The notes: generated by a model from the letters alone, not told the origin. A stretch of DNA of 64,000 nucleotides from an uncultured Granulicella sp. (GCA_964489045.1 CAZAXI010000002.1:21375-85374); one strand, 5' to 3'. Positions 45,296 through 56,030 are shown, counted from the first letter of the stretch. Numbers and translations: made by a program.

Positions 45296-47863
45296 CTAGC
45301 GATTCGACTTGCCCGGATACGAAATCTCAAATTCACTGTACACGTTACTATTTCCAACCGTGACGCCACCCGACCAGAAGGCGCCCGCTCCGCCAAATGA
45401 GTTTGGCGTAATGGTTCCTTCCAGCGACAGCGTTTCGCCATCTGTTGTGTTGGAGCCTTTGACGGTGAGCCTGGTTCCAACGACTGAAAGAGTGATGGTC
45501 GTGTTCGGCTTGAATACACCAGTAAAATCTTGCTGGTCGTTCAAGGGACGACCGACGCCGTCCTCGATCCTGTAAAGCTGGAACATGCACTTCCCGGTGG
45601 ACTGGATGGTCCTCCAGAAGCGCAGCGAGTAGCCGTTTCTGGTGCGCGGATCGTACTTGATGAAGATGTCGGCCCGCTCCATACGGGGGGTGTCGTCGGG
45701 CGATCCGGCAAGGGCAAAGCCCTGCCCGGCGTTCTTATCCGGCGACATCACCACCTTGACCGTCATGTCTCCGGTGGGTTCGTCCCGGTCGTAGATAAGC
45801 GCTGCATAAGGGTTCGCCACGCGCACGCCGTTAACGGTGGCAGGCTGCTCCGCCGGTGGGCTGGTCGAGCCAATGCCTCCGCGAGGCGCCGTTCCAGCAA
45901 GCCCGCTGATGCGCAGGCCGTAGCCGTTGACCAGGTTGTCTCCGGTGACCGGGGTCCAGGTGCCGATGATGGTCCACTCGCCGTTCTCGATGGTGGAGTT
46001 TTCCGTCGGCACAAAGTTGCGGAAGTTGGGATCGATCGTGGTCGAAGTCACGTTGGCGGCGACGATCGGCTTGCTCGCGGTGGCCACGACTTCCGGGCCG
46101 GCGTCGCTGATGTTGTGCTTGGGCTGGATGCTGACGCGGAGAACCTTGCCTACATCGCCGGCGGTAAGCGTGTAAGTACGCAGCGGCAGGTCGCCACGGC
46201 TTACGGCAACTGTGCGCGGACTTGCGCAGGTGGCGTCGTCGCACTGATACCAGGTAATCAGCGACTGGTCTTCACGGCCGCCCAGGTCCAGGGTGTAGTG
46301 CACCGCGACCTTGCCGTTAAAGGGCGCCGCCACCACTGGTCTGCTGGTGAACTTGGGCGGATCGATAAACGCCGGCTCGACGTTGACGGGGACCATGACC
46401 GAATAGCCGTCGGCGGCCTTCGCCTTGACGACGACCCACTCGGCGCGGCTGGTGTGGTTGTTGCCGGTGATGGTAACTGTGTTGCCCGTTGTCGAGCTGA
46501 GGTTGACCAGGTTGGAGGGCGTGGACCATGTGATGGTCGCATTCGCGCGTGCGGGGAATGGAGTAACGGTCATTGCCGCGCCGGTTGCACCGGTGCGCAC
46601 CGTAGGCGACACGATGCGGCTGAAGAAGGGACCTCCACCGGACCTGCCTGCGGCAGGCGCGGTACCGGCGATGATGGACATTTTGAAGACATCGCTGCCG
46701 TTGCTCTGGTACTGCGCGCGAACATTGGCCGGGTCCCAGTCGTCGACGGGACCGTTGGGGAGAGCGGCGCGCAGCAGGTTCCACGGGTTGAAGGCCTTCG
46801 CTTCCTCGTCGCTGAGTTCGCGTGAGAGGTGGTAGGTGGGAGGGCCGGCCTGGCTGTCCCGGATGCGCACCGGTTTGCCGCTCGGATCTTTCAGGCGATA
46901 GGTGAGTGAGTAGTAATTCTGGTGCGCGGCCGCATCTGCTATCCACGCCGCCCTGGCTGGCAGCACACAATCGATCAGCGTGTCGGGATTGCCGAAACTC
47001 TTCTCCGTATTGCCCTCACTGGTGTAGAACACCATGCCTTTCGAGGCCTTGAATACGGTGTTGATGAAGGTAAGTCCCTGAGAGGCCAAGCCGCCACTGC
47101 CGGTTGGGAAGTAAGCCTCGGAGTTCTTGAACACCGCTACCGGCCCACCACCGAAGACAATCAAGTCTTCGGTCCCCTCGACGAAGACGTTGGTGAAGTA
47201 GGCCCGCGTGGTCGAAATCACGGTTGTGTCCAGCCGGCCTAGAAACGCGACGTGGGAGTAAACATGCTTGTCGCCCGACATCTCGATGACCACACCCTGG
47301 GTGATGACAGGCGAGCGCATCTTGAGGTTCTTGGAGGGGTCGCCGGGATATTCGTAGTCGAGATTGCAGTAGTCGACCACGCTGAGGTTCATCATGGTGA
47401 ATCCGGTGGCGTTGATGACCAATATGAAACCGTCGTTCGTTGCCCCCTCCTTCATGCCGCGGTTGTCGGCGAGCACGACCTTGCGGCGGTCGTCAGTCAG
47501 GCCGAGGAGGGTGATGTAGTTTTTGGTGATCTGCATGCTGTAGGGCGCGGATTCGGCCGCGTGCAGAAAATAGACGTCGGGCTTGATGCCAATCACGGTC
47601 GGCTTCCCGGGCGTGCCGGCCGGAGCCGCGGCATACGCTGCCTGCAACGTCCTAAACTTTTTGTCGGCCGGGTCGTCTTGCGAAAGGCTGCTGTCCACGA
47701 GGTAGTCGTAGGCGTAGTTGGCGGTGTCGAACTTCACGCCGGTGTAGCCGTTGAACGGAGCGCCGTCACGCAGATTGTCCTGCGCATGGGCGAGCGGCGA
47801 GAAAGTCGTCGCGGTCACTAACAGAATCCCAGCAACTTCCAATATCCACGAGCGCAGCTTCAT
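45296..47863 (-). CDS. Secreted pectin methylesterase-like (pectin-lyase fold) multidomain protein
   Basis: FRTLQAA, IGIKPDVY, ITLLG, FLGRLDT, FVEGTEDLI pattern of CE8-like beta-helices, followed by Ig-like and lectin-like domains. Confidence 0.65.
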   Translation of the reverse strand: MKLRSWILEVAGILLVTATTFSPLAHAQDNLRDGAPFNGYTGVKFDTANYAYDYLVDSSLSQDDPADKKFRTLQAAYAAAPAGTPGKPTVIGIKPDVYFLHAAESAPYSMQITKNYITLLGLTDDRRKVVLADNRGMKEGATNDGFILVINATGFTMMNLSVVDYCNLDYEYPGDPSKNLKMRSPVITQGVVIEMSGDKHVYSHVAFLGRLDTTVISTTRAYFTNVFVEGTEDLIVFGGGPVAVFKNSEAYFPTGSGGLASQGLTFINTVFKASKGMVFYTSEGNTEKSFGNPDTLIDCVLPARAAWIADAAAHQNYYSLTYRLKDPSGKPVRIRDSQAGPPTYHLSRELSDEEAKAFNPWNLLRAALPNGPVDDWDPANVRAQYQSNGSDVFKMSIIAGTAPAAGRSGGGPFFSRIVSPTVRTGATGAAMTVTPFPARANATITWSTPSNLVNLSSTTGNTVTITGNNHTSRAEWVVVKAKAADGYSVMVPVNVEPAFIDPPKFTSRPVVAAPFNGKVAVHYTLDLGGREDQSLITWYQCDDATCASPRTVAVSRGDLPLRTYTLTAGDVGKVLRVSIQPKHNISDAGPEVVATASKPIVAANVTSTTIDPNFRNFVPTENSTIENGEWTIIGTWTPVTGDNLVNGYGLRISGLAGTAPRGGIGSTSPPAEQPATVNGVRVANPYAALIYDRDEPTGDMTVKVVMSPDKNAGQGFALAGSPDDTPRMERADIFIKYDPRTRNGYSLRFWRTIQSTGKCMFQLYRIEDGVGRPLNDQQDFTGVFKPNTTITLSVVGTRLTVKGSNTTDGETLSLEGTITPNSFGGAGAFWSGGVTVGNSNVYSEFEISYPGKSNR

Positions 47864-48037
47864 GATCTCTCCTATCACCCAGAGAATTGGGCCTGATCGC
47901 TTCGGCACGGATTCGCATGAATTCTACCGCCCCGAGAGGCTTTGTAAGACCACCGCCGCAGTTTCTGCCGAAAAACGTCGCAATCGCGTTCTGTGCTGGG
48001 TTCAACCGCGCCATCGGGAGTCTTGCTTGTCGATTTT

Positions 48038-48180
48038 TCAGGGCACACCTTGCTTCTCTACTGTGCGTTTCTTCGATTGGATCATCTGAGCACTCAATGC
48101 GCTCAGAAGAGCTAGTCCGACGGAGACCCAGATCGCGTCGCGATATCCGGAAACCACTGCGCCCCGAGCACTGCGCGCCG
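48038..48180 (-). pseudogene. Possible C-terminal remnant of an MFS (DHA2-like) transporter
   Basis: AVVSGYRDAIWVSVGLALLSALSA resembles the last TM helix of DHA2 transporters. No upstream gene body. Confidence 0.3.
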
Positions 48181-48298
48181 CCAGCTCCTCACACGGAGAT
48201 TTGATGGGCATCATCATTCGCCGTTCAGTTCTGACGGCACCCAGCATCCAAAGAATGCAGCCGGCGCTTGAGTCGCATGAAGTGCAAGCGAATGTTCC

Positions 48299-51277
48299 TT
48301 AGTTGGTTTGCGGCGTGAGCAGGAGGAGCCACTCGCGGGTGTCGGGCTTGGTGAGGGAGGTTTCGGCGGCGCCGGAGACGGAGATCGCGTCGTGAGCTGT
48401 GCCGGTGCGCGGGTCGAACCACATGGCTTTGTAGGTTTTTGCGGGGAGTGCGGCGGCCAAGGTGATGTCGCCGCCGGAGAGTGAGTAGATAAGTACGGGT
48501 TCTGCCGCGCCGCCGGCGAGCACCCAGGTGCGTTCGGGATTGGCGACCCAGCCGTCGACGGGGTTCATCTTCATCAGGTCATCGGCGAGATAGTCGTGGA
48601 CGAACTTATCGATGATGGGGTCCTGGTTAGCGCCTCCAATGCGCGCGCCGGGACCACCGCCTCCGCGCAGCGAGGACTGGGCCGCGCCGCCGCCCATCAA
48701 AATGGGTAGCGGGCCAGCTCCGCTCTCCATGGGGACGAAGGCGATGTTGGGATAGCGGTCGCGGTACTCGCGGACCTGCTTGTAGACAAGCTCAGGAGTG
48801 GTGCCCGGCGGGGTGTCCTGGTATCCGGAGAACTTGGCTTCGATCTGTGCGCGGAAGGCCTGGTTGATCCCGGCTGGCGGGGCCCACAGGGTGCCGTCAG
48901 GCATGTAGGTCCAGTAGCGCATGTCGACAACGGAGATCTGTTTGGAGCGGACGGGGTCGGCCAGGATTGCATCGGTCGTGTTCTTGCCTGTGGTGAGGGC
49001 GACCCTTACGGTGCGGTGATGGGCTTTCTCCCACTCGGCGATGGTGTCCTGGAAGAACTGCTCGAAGGCGAGGGGGCCGGCGAACTGGTAGGCCGCGCCG
49101 AAGATAACGTTGGGCTGGTCGCCGAGCTCGTCGAGCACATGGAGGATATAGTCGTGATGGAGCTTGCGGAGCGGAGCGTTTTCGACATTGAAAAACTCGT
49201 TGCCGACGTCGAGCTTGGTGCCGCCAGGATGGTACGGCGGAGGCTCGGGCATGCCGGTGTCGTTGACGCTGTTGGCGGTGCGCCAGGGGAAGTCGGCGTA
49301 GTGGGGGCCGATCTCGAGAACATTGTGGTCGTTGTAGAGATCGAAGTAGACGACGAAGCCTTGCTCTGCGGCTAGTTTCGCGAACTCGCGATGGCGCTCG
49401 AAGTACCAGGGGTTGTAGCGGGAGACGTCCCACTTGCTGAGGCCGTCGTAGCCCACGCCCTGGCCGCTGCGGGCCCAGGGGAGTTCGAAGAACGGGGCCC
49501 AGACATTGCCGTCGGGCTCCGGGGCGATGAAGTGGGCGTCGCGGCGGTGATCGTACCAGAGGCCGGGATTGACCTGGATGAAGACGGCGTTGCGCTGCTT
49601 CATCCGGGCCGCAAATTCGTTGAGGTCTTCGGTGAGGCCGGGGGCAGTCTGACCGGGCATGAAGCGGGTGATGCTGGATTGGGTGAGCTGCGCGGCGACG
49701 AAGGGCGAAGTGCTGCCCTTCCACCAGGCTTCGCCCTGGTTTTCACCCCATATGGCCTTACCATCCTCGACAAAGCGCCCGTTGACGATGCTGATGGGGT
49801 GGATGGCGGGCGTGGGCGGCACGTTGTGGGCGACCGCGTCAGTGAAGGCGGGCGGGTTCTTGTCGTCGAACACAGGGTTGGCGTCGAGCGCTTCGAGCTG
49901 CAGGTTGCGGGCTGCCAGTTGACTCTTGAAGAGCGGCTGGGCATTGTTGACGACGAAGTTGGGGGCCTGCTCCGGGCCTTTGGCTTCGAGCGCCTGCGCC
50001 CTCGAATTCCAGATCAGCGAGTTCGCCGCAGTCCAGCCTGCGCCCTGGGCGCGGGTCTGGTCGAGGATCATCTGGATCTTTGAGGCGGGTACGCGGACGT
50101 TCTCATAGAGGACGCCGGAGGCCCAGCCTTCAAACGGGCCGCTGGGTTCGAGCGAGTTGGTGGCTTCGTCGTCGAGGAAGACGTTTGGGCCGGATGCGAC
50201 CAGGCCGGTGGCGAAGTCGTTCATGCCTGAGTCGCTGTGGCAGCGGTAGACGAGGGTCTGCTGACCGTAGACGACGAATGACTGGCGGCGGTATCCGCCG
50301 GGCTCGGAGACCGGAGCCTCGCTGCGCGAGTCGATGACGGTGACGCGGCGAGCGCGATGGCCGACAAAGACGGCGGAATCGGCGAAGTGACGCGCGGTGA
50401 CGTTGCGGACCCACGCGTCCTGGACGCGGTCGAGCTCAATCGCGATCCAGGAGTGGTCTTCATCCTTGGGATACTTCGCGTCGTACGCGCTCGAGAGCGT
50501 GAGCTCGTCGATGCCGATCTTTTCCGGCACAGGGTTCGACTGGATGATGGCTACGGTGCCACCACCGTATTGCTTTTCCAGCGCGGTGGTGATCGGGGCG
50601 TCGACCTCGATCTGGCCGGTCGCTGGATCGATCGCGGTAATCGTGCGGTCCCAGAGCAGGTCGTGCGACCCGGGCGCCCAGTCCAGGCGGGCGTTGGCGA
50701 ACGTGCCGGGAAGGCCGGTCATGCCCAGGGACTTGATCCACGCTGCCGTGCTGGGGCGGCGAAGCAGGACATGCTGTCCGACGGAGAGGCCAACGGTGCT
50801 GGCCAGCTTGAAGGTTCGCGCGCCTACGGGAGCATCATCGGTGATGGTGACCGGAGCGCCGATGGAAGGATCGGCTTCACCGCCGGCTTCGATGAGGGTG
50901 CGACGGCTGATGCCATCCGCGACGATAGTAGTTGTGGAAGGACCGGAGCCGCGCAGGACGACTCCGCTCGCGCGAATCTGCAAATGCCCGCCCACGTGGT
51001 AGGTTCCGGTGCGCAGCAGAATCGCGCCGCGAAATCCATCGGCCTGGAGCGGCAGCGCCGAGACGTGGTCGATGGCGTTCTGCAGGAGAATCGTATCGTC
51101 CTTGCCGGTGGGGCGGACGGAGATCACCGCCTTGACTGCGGGCAGCGGCTTGCCGGCCTCGTAGCCTGCGACGGAGAAGTCGATGGGCACGGGGCTTTGC
51201 GGTGTTTGCGCGAAAGCGGCGAAACTGCCCGCGAGAGCGAGCGCGATGACGGCAATTGCGGTCTTCGTAGAGTTCAT
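48299..51277 (-). CDS. Secreted pectate-lyase-superfamily beta-helix protein with DUF6298-like and C-terminal collagen-binding-like domains
   Basis: DFSVAGY, DDT..LQNAID, GAILL..G.Y, SGVVLRGSG, PWARSGQG...DGLSKWD, WFDPRTG. Confidence 0.72.
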   Translation of the reverse strand: MNSTKTAIAVIALALAGSFAAFAQTPQSPVPIDFSVAGYEAGKPLPAVKAVISVRPTGKDDTILLQNAIDHVSALPLQADGFRGAILLRTGTYHVGGHLQIRASGVVLRGSGPSTTTIVADGISRRTLIEAGGEADPSIGAPVTITDDAPVGARTFKLASTVGLSVGQHVLLRRPSTAAWIKSLGMTGLPGTFANARLDWAPGSHDLLWDRTITAIDPATGQIEVDAPITTALEKQYGGGTVAIIQSNPVPEKIGIDELTLSSAYDAKYPKDEDHSWIAIELDRVQDAWVRNVTARHFADSAVFVGHRARRVTVIDSRSEAPVSEPGGYRRQSFVVYGQQTLVYRCHSDSGMNDFATGLVASGPNVFLDDEATNSLEPSGPFEGWASGVLYENVRVPASKIQMILDQTRAQGAGWTAANSLIWNSRAQALEAKGPEQAPNFVVNNAQPLFKSQLAARNLQLEALDANPVFDDKNPPAFTDAVAHNVPPTPAIHPISIVNGRFVEDGKAIWGENQGEAWWKGSTSPFVAAQLTQSSITRFMPGQTAPGLTEDLNEFAARMKQRNAVFIQVNPGLWYDHRRDAHFIAPEPDGNVWAPFFELPWARSGQGVGYDGLSKWDVSRYNPWYFERHREFAKLAAEQGFVVYFDLYNDHNVLEIGPHYADFPWRTANSVNDTGMPEPPPYHPGGTKLDVGNEFFNVENAPLRKLHHDYILHVLDELGDQPNVIFGAAYQFAGPLAFEQFFQDTIAEWEKAHHRTVRVALTTGKNTTDAILADPVRSKQISVVDMRYWTYMPDGTLWAPPAGINQAFRAQIEAKFSGYQDTPPGTTPELVYKQVREYRDRYPNIAFVPMESGAGPLPILMGGGAAQSSLRGGGGPGARIGGANQDPIIDKFVHDYLADDLMKMNPVDGWVANPERTWVLAGGAAEPVLIYSLSGGDITLAAALPAKTYKAMWFDPRTGTAHDAISVSGAAETSLTKPDTREWLLLLTPQTN

Positions 51278-51308
51278 ATCAGCCGATCCGGTTCGATGAC
51301 GTCGGTTA

Positions 51309-52646
51309 TTACTGCGGGAAGGGAACGAACATATCCGCGCAGGAGTCGGGTTTGCCCTCCGAGGGCTTGCCGGTGATGGTGACATCGGTGGCAGGCGTGG
51401 GGAGTTGGATGTTGCTGCCGCCCGCGCCGTAGGTGATGTCCGCGTAGTCGAATTTGTAGGTGTAGGGCTTGGCCGCGTTGGCCGCGTCGGTTAGCCAGAC
51501 GCCGTCGAGGGTGATCTGCGCGCGGTGGTCGTGGTCGTAGCCGTCGAAGAGGATGGTGGGATCTCCGCCGCCGCCGGAGACGCGCACGTTGCGCAGGGTG
51601 ACATCGCGGAAGGTGGGCGGCGAGGGACCCTTGACCGGCCCGTTGGAGGCGTAGGCCATGGTGATGTCGATGGGGCGCTTGACCGCGTTGCGGATGCAGA
51701 TGTCGCTGTAGACCACGTCGTGCACCAGGCCGCCGCGCGTGCCCATGCTCTTGATGCGGATGCCGGAGTCGGGGCCGTCGAGCGAGAGATCGAAGACGCG
51801 CAGCTTGCTGACGCCGCCGTTGGTTTCGGAGCCGATGGACATGCCGTGGCCCCAGTAGAAGTGGTTGTGGCTGACCGTCATGTTGGTGAGCTCGCCTGGA
51901 CCGCCGCCCTTGATGGCAACGTTATCGTCGCCCGCGCGGATGTAGCTGTGCGTGATGGTGATGTTCTTCGAGCCTCTGCCGGGATCGATGCCGTCGGTGT
52001 TGGGGGACCCGCGCTGCTGCGTGTCGATTTTGACGCCCCAGACGGTGAAACCGTCGCCGCCGTTATAGACAACGTGGAAGTTGGGCGAATTCTTCAGCGT
52101 AATGCGATACAGCGTGAAGTTGTCCGCGTGGTTGCAGACGATGAGGCGGGAGAGCGGTCCGCCGGCGTGGTCCCATGCGCTGATGGTCTTGCCGACATAC
52201 TTCTCGCCGCCGCGGCCGTCGATGACGCCGTCCCCCATCACTCCGGCGCCGGAGACGTCGGTGACGCTGATGAGGGGTGGCCCGAGTAGAGACTGGTCAA
52301 GGGTCTGGAAGAGGGTAGCGCCTTTGTCGACCACCAGGGTGATGCCCTCGCGAAGCTGCAGCGGGCCGCTCAAGAACGCATTTGCGTTGTTATGCACCTC
52401 GAGCGCGACAGCCTTGCCTTTGGCGCACGAGTCGATCGCCTTCTGGATGCGGCCGGTGTCGAGTTTGGACTCGTCGGCCGGGGCGAGGGTGTTGAAATTG
52501 CCATCGAAAACCGAGGTAAGGTGCGCATCGAGCGTCGCGCAGAAGGGCGGAATCTTCGGCTCGGTGACGTTGCGCGTGTCCTGCGCCAAGGCGGTGGAAC
52601 AGAGCGCAGTCGCGAAAACAATGACGGACGACAATAACCGGTTCAT
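51309..52646 (-). CDS. GH28 polygalacturonase
   Basis: All four GH28 motifs present: NTDG, GDD, GHG, RIK. Signal peptide. Confidence 0.93.
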   Translation of the reverse strand: MNRLLSSVIVFATALCSTALAQDTRNVTEPKIPPFCATLDAHLTSVFDGNFNTLAPADESKLDTGRIQKAIDSCAKGKAVALEVHNNANAFLSGPLQLREGITLVVDKGATLFQTLDQSLLGPPLISVTDVSGAGVMGDGVIDGRGGEKYVGKTISAWDHAGGPLSRLIVCNHADNFTLYRITLKNSPNFHVVYNGGDGFTVWGVKIDTQQRGSPNTDGIDPGRGSKNITITHSYIRAGDDNVAIKGGGPGELTNMTVSHNHFYWGHGMSIGSETNGGVSKLRVFDLSLDGPDSGIRIKSMGTRGGLVHDVVYSDICIRNAVKRPIDITMAYASNGPVKGPSPPTFRDVTLRNVRVSGGGGDPTILFDGYDHDHRAQITLDGVWLTDAANAAKPYTYKFDYADITYGAGGSNIQLPTPATDVTITGKPSEGKPDSCADMFVPFPQ

Positions 52647-52835
52647 GGAGACTCCTTCGGCTTAACTTCGCTTGCTTCTTTGGATTCCAGTGACCTGCTC
52701 CGCGAGGAAGCGGGAGGTCTCAACCGGAATCTCCTTTGTCATCCCTGGTTCGCTCGAATTATAGTTTTTTCAACCCTTCACTGTATTGAATGAGTGCCCG
52801 GCGCGTTCCCTGCTGACCGTGTAGCCAAAGAGAGC

Positions 52836-54173
52836 TCAGCGATTGACCATCTTTGCCGGCACCAGCGAAAAGATCAGAATTGCCGACGCCAGCATGCATC
52901 CGGAGACCATATACAAACCCGAGTTCAACGTGCCCGTATGCATTTCGAGATAGCCGACAATCGCGGGCGAGAAAAACCCGGCGAGATTGCCCGTGCAATT
53001 GACCAGCGCGATGCCCGCCGCCGCGGCTGTGCCCCCCAGGAACGAGGTTGGCAATGCCCAGAACATCGGCACCGCCGTCACCACACCGACCGTCGCCATC
53101 GTTAGGCCAATCATCGCAATCATGGTGCTGCTGCCGGCCTGAGTACACAAGATAAAGCCGAGCGCCGCAACTATGTTCGGAACGATCACGTGCCAGCGGC
53201 GTTCCCGCATCCTATCGGCGTGGTGGCCGGCAAGGACCATGGCAATCAACCCGAGGGCATAGGGCACGGTGGTCAGCAATCCAATGTCGAAAGTGTCCTT
53301 GACGCCGGTCTGGCGGATAATCGTCGGCTGCCAGAAACCGACCGCGTACGATCCCATCACGATGCCGAATAAAATCGCACTCATCAGCCATACTCGCGGG
53401 CTCGTGAACACGGCTGCGACGGTGTGGAGAGTCTTCCTATCCGCCTCCTCATTGATCTCCGCAGCCACCAAGCCCTTTTCTTCCTGCGAAAGCCATTTCG
53501 CATTAGTCACCCGGTTGTCGAGATGGACGAGGATGATGATGCCGAAAACAACCGCGGGCACGGCTTCAAGAATGAAGAGCCACTGCCACCCGGCAACATG
53601 CCGGCTTTCGGCAAAATAATGCAGAATATAGCCCGAGATCGGACCACCGACGATGCCCGAGATCGGGCTGGCAGCCATTAGTATTGCCACCATCTTCGCG
53701 CGCCGGTGCGATGGAAACCAGTAGGTGAGATACAGAATCATGCCAGGGAAGAATCCCGACTCCGCAACCCCCAGCAAGAACCGCATCGCATAGAACTGTC
53801 CTGGTGTGTGCACCAGCGATGTACAACCTGAAATGATCCCCCACGTTACCATCACGCGGCAGATCCAGAGGCGCGCGCCCACCTTGTGCAGAATAAGGTT
53901 GCTGGGGACCTCGAACAGAAAATATCCCAGAAAGAAAACACCCGCGCCGAAGCCGTAGATACTTTCGCTGAACCTCAGGTCGCTCAGCATTTGCAGCTTG
54001 GCAAAGCCCACATTCACCCGGTCGATGTATGCACCGACGTAGCAGGCCAGCAGGATCGGCATGATTCGCCACGCGATCTTGCGATAGAGCGAATCGCACG
54101 CATCCGCCGGGAACGAATTGGTCGCGGCGTAATCTGTTGGTGACAATGTTCCACCCCCGCGGGAGCGATACAT
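52836..54173 (-). CDS. MFS transporter, anion:cation symporter family (TtuB-like)
   Basis: YIDRVNVGFAKL, FEVPSN, RFLLGVAESGFFPG..LYLTYWFP, GWQWLFILE. Confidence 0.9.
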   Translation of the reverse strand: MYRSRGGGTLSPTDYAATNSFPADACDSLYRKIAWRIMPILLACYVGAYIDRVNVGFAKLQMLSDLRFSESIYGFGAGVFFLGYFLFEVPSNLILHKVGARLWICRVMVTWGIISGCTSLVHTPGQFYAMRFLLGVAESGFFPGMILYLTYWFPSHRRAKMVAILMAASPISGIVGGPISGYILHYFAESRHVAGWQWLFILEAVPAVVFGIIILVHLDNRVTNAKWLSQEEKGLVAAEINEEADRKTLHTVAAVFTSPRVWLMSAILFGIVMGSYAVGFWQPTIIRQTGVKDTFDIGLLTTVPYALGLIAMVLAGHHADRMRERRWHVIVPNIVAALGFILCTQAGSSTMIAMIGLTMATVGVVTAVPMFWALPTSFLGGTAAAAGIALVNCTGNLAGFFSPAIVGYLEMHTGTLNSGLYMVSGCMLASAILIFSLVPAKMVNR

Positions 54174-54205
54174 TCCTGTCAGACCATTTCCCGGCGAAGC
54201 AGACC

Positions 54206-55327
54206 CTACCGCCAGGCATCCCCGGTGAAACGTGCAATCGCCTTCTCGTCGAAGCGGTAACCGAGGCCCGGTTCGCTTGACAGCGCGAGGCCACCATCCC
54301 GAACCTCCAATTGGCGGTCGATGATCTCGCGGAAATTGAACACCTTGCTATCGGGGAAGAACTCGACAAACTGGCCGTTGGGGCAGGCTGCCACCAGTTG
54401 CGCATGCAAATCGTGGAACCAGTGCGGGCAGACGGTTACGCCATAGCAATCGGCCAGTGCGGCGATACGCCGGAATTCGGTAACGCCGCCGCAGACCGCG
54501 GCATCCGGCTGCAGGATCGCCGCTGCCTTTTTGTCGAGCAGTTCCTTGAATCGCCAACGCCCGGCTTCGATTTCGCCGGTTGCGACAGGAATGGTGATTG
54601 CCGCCGCCAGCTTTGCGTGGTTGTCGATCTGGTCGGGACTAAACGGCTCCTCAATCCAATAAGGATCGTAGGGCGCAAAGCGTTCCATGTAGCGCAAGGC
54701 AGTGGGCACATCGAACCAGGCATTGTTCGCATCGAGCATCAGCAGCACATCGGGTCCGATCGCCTTTCGTGCTGCAGCGATTCTTGCCTCCTCAGATCTC
54801 ACGTCGCCGCGTCCGACCTTCATTTTGACGGCGTTCAGACCGAGGGCCACATAGCTCGCCATCTCTTCACCCAGCATCTCGGGCGTTTTTCCTTCGAGGT
54901 AATAGCCGCCACTTCCGTAAGCCGGGACCGTATCCGCGTAAGCTGCGCCGAGATACTTATAAAGAGGAAGATTCGCCGCCCTGGAGTTCCGGTCCCATAG
55001 TGCCGTGTCGAGAATGCTGAGCGCCCGCATCACGGAGCCCACGCGGCCATGCAGCAACACTTGCTGATACAGCTCTTTCCAAAGCAACTCGGTCGCGGTC
55101 GGGTCAGCGCCGATCAGCATGGGCGCCAACAGTTCGCGAACCGCCGTCGTCACTACGTTTCCGCCCGAATGCCCGGCATAGCAATGACCGATGCCCTCGA
55201 TTCCGTCATCGGTTCGGATCCTCACCAGCGTGTAATCACGACCCGTCACCAGGCGGCGGGCAAAAGCCGTTGCCTGCTTCAGCGGAATGTGTACCGTGCG
55301 CGCTTCGACCAAAACAACTTTGGCCAT
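54206..55327 (-). CDS. Mandelate racemase/muconate lactonizing enzyme family protein
   Basis: KMKVG, LMLDANN, WIEEP, VATGE, LQPD, CPH enolase-superfamily motifs. Confidence 0.9.
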   Translation of the reverse strand: MAKVVLVEARTVHIPLKQATAFARRLVTGRDYTLVRIRTDDGIEGIGHCYAGHSGGNVVTTAVRELLAPMLIGADPTATELLWKELYQQVLLHGRVGSVMRALSILDTALWDRNSRAANLPLYKYLGAAYADTVPAYGSGGYYLEGKTPEMLGEEMASYVALGLNAVKMKVGRGDVRSEEARIAAARKAIGPDVLLMLDANNAWFDVPTALRYMERFAPYDPYWIEEPFSPDQIDNHAKLAAAITIPVATGEIEAGRWRFKELLDKKAAAILQPDAAVCGGVTEFRRIAALADCYGVTVCPHWFHDLHAQLVAACPNGQFVEFFPDSKVFNFREIIDRQLEVRDGGLALSSEPGLGYRFDEKAIARFTGDAWR

Positions 55328-55526
55328 TCTCTTTCCTCCCGATCGACGTGCAGCCATGCAAGTGTAAATGATCGAACTTGCTGGTGGACCTGGCCGGGGT
55401 GGAAACAGCCGTCTCTCCGACACTCGCAACCTGGGAGGTCTGACCGGGGACACACCACCTGCCGGTCGTGGAAATTGAATCCCTGCAAAGTAACTCCCTG
55501 CTCCGTTCTGCCAAGGGCAGACACGG

Positions 55527-55901
55527 CTAAGGCCGCTGCATTTCCCGTTCGCGGAGCCAGATGAAGATTACCGGGGTCACGATCAAAACGTGGACGAGCG
55601 AGCTGAGCATGCCTCCGAGGACTGGGGCGGCGAGTGGTCGCATGAACTCCGCGCCGGTACGTGTGGACCACATCAGCGGCAACAGGCCCGCGACTACCGT
55701 TGCCACGGTCATCACCTTGGGGCGAAGACGCAGCAGAGCGCCTTCCATGACCGCCGCGTGCAGGCCCTCGCGCGTTAGGTGGCCGTCGATAGCTGTTCGC
55801 CGCGCGACTGCTTCTTTCAAGTAGATAACCATCACGACGCCGGTCTGCACGGCGGTTCCGAAGAGTGCGATGAAGCCAACCCACACGGCGACGGAGAAGT
55901 T
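55527..55901 (-). pseudogene. C-terminal remnant of a CusA/CzcA heavy-metal RND pump
   Basis: [15 protein letters not shown]...[10 protein letters not shown]...[11 protein letters not shown]. Only the last ~120 aa are present. Confidence 0.85.
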
Positions 55902-56030
55902 CAGGCAACAGCGTGTCGCGATAGAGCTTCACGCGCCTCTGCGCCGGCTGCACCGCAATCTGCGTGAACGGTGTCACAGGTCGCGTGTGAGCAGCAACGG
56001 CTCACTGCAAGGAAGCCGCTTCCAGTCAAG

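Noticed and set aside
52682..52733. Hairpin in the leader of the GH28 gene
   Set aside because: An imperfect stem with no recognisable family features; could be a terminator or stabiliser but is unsupported.
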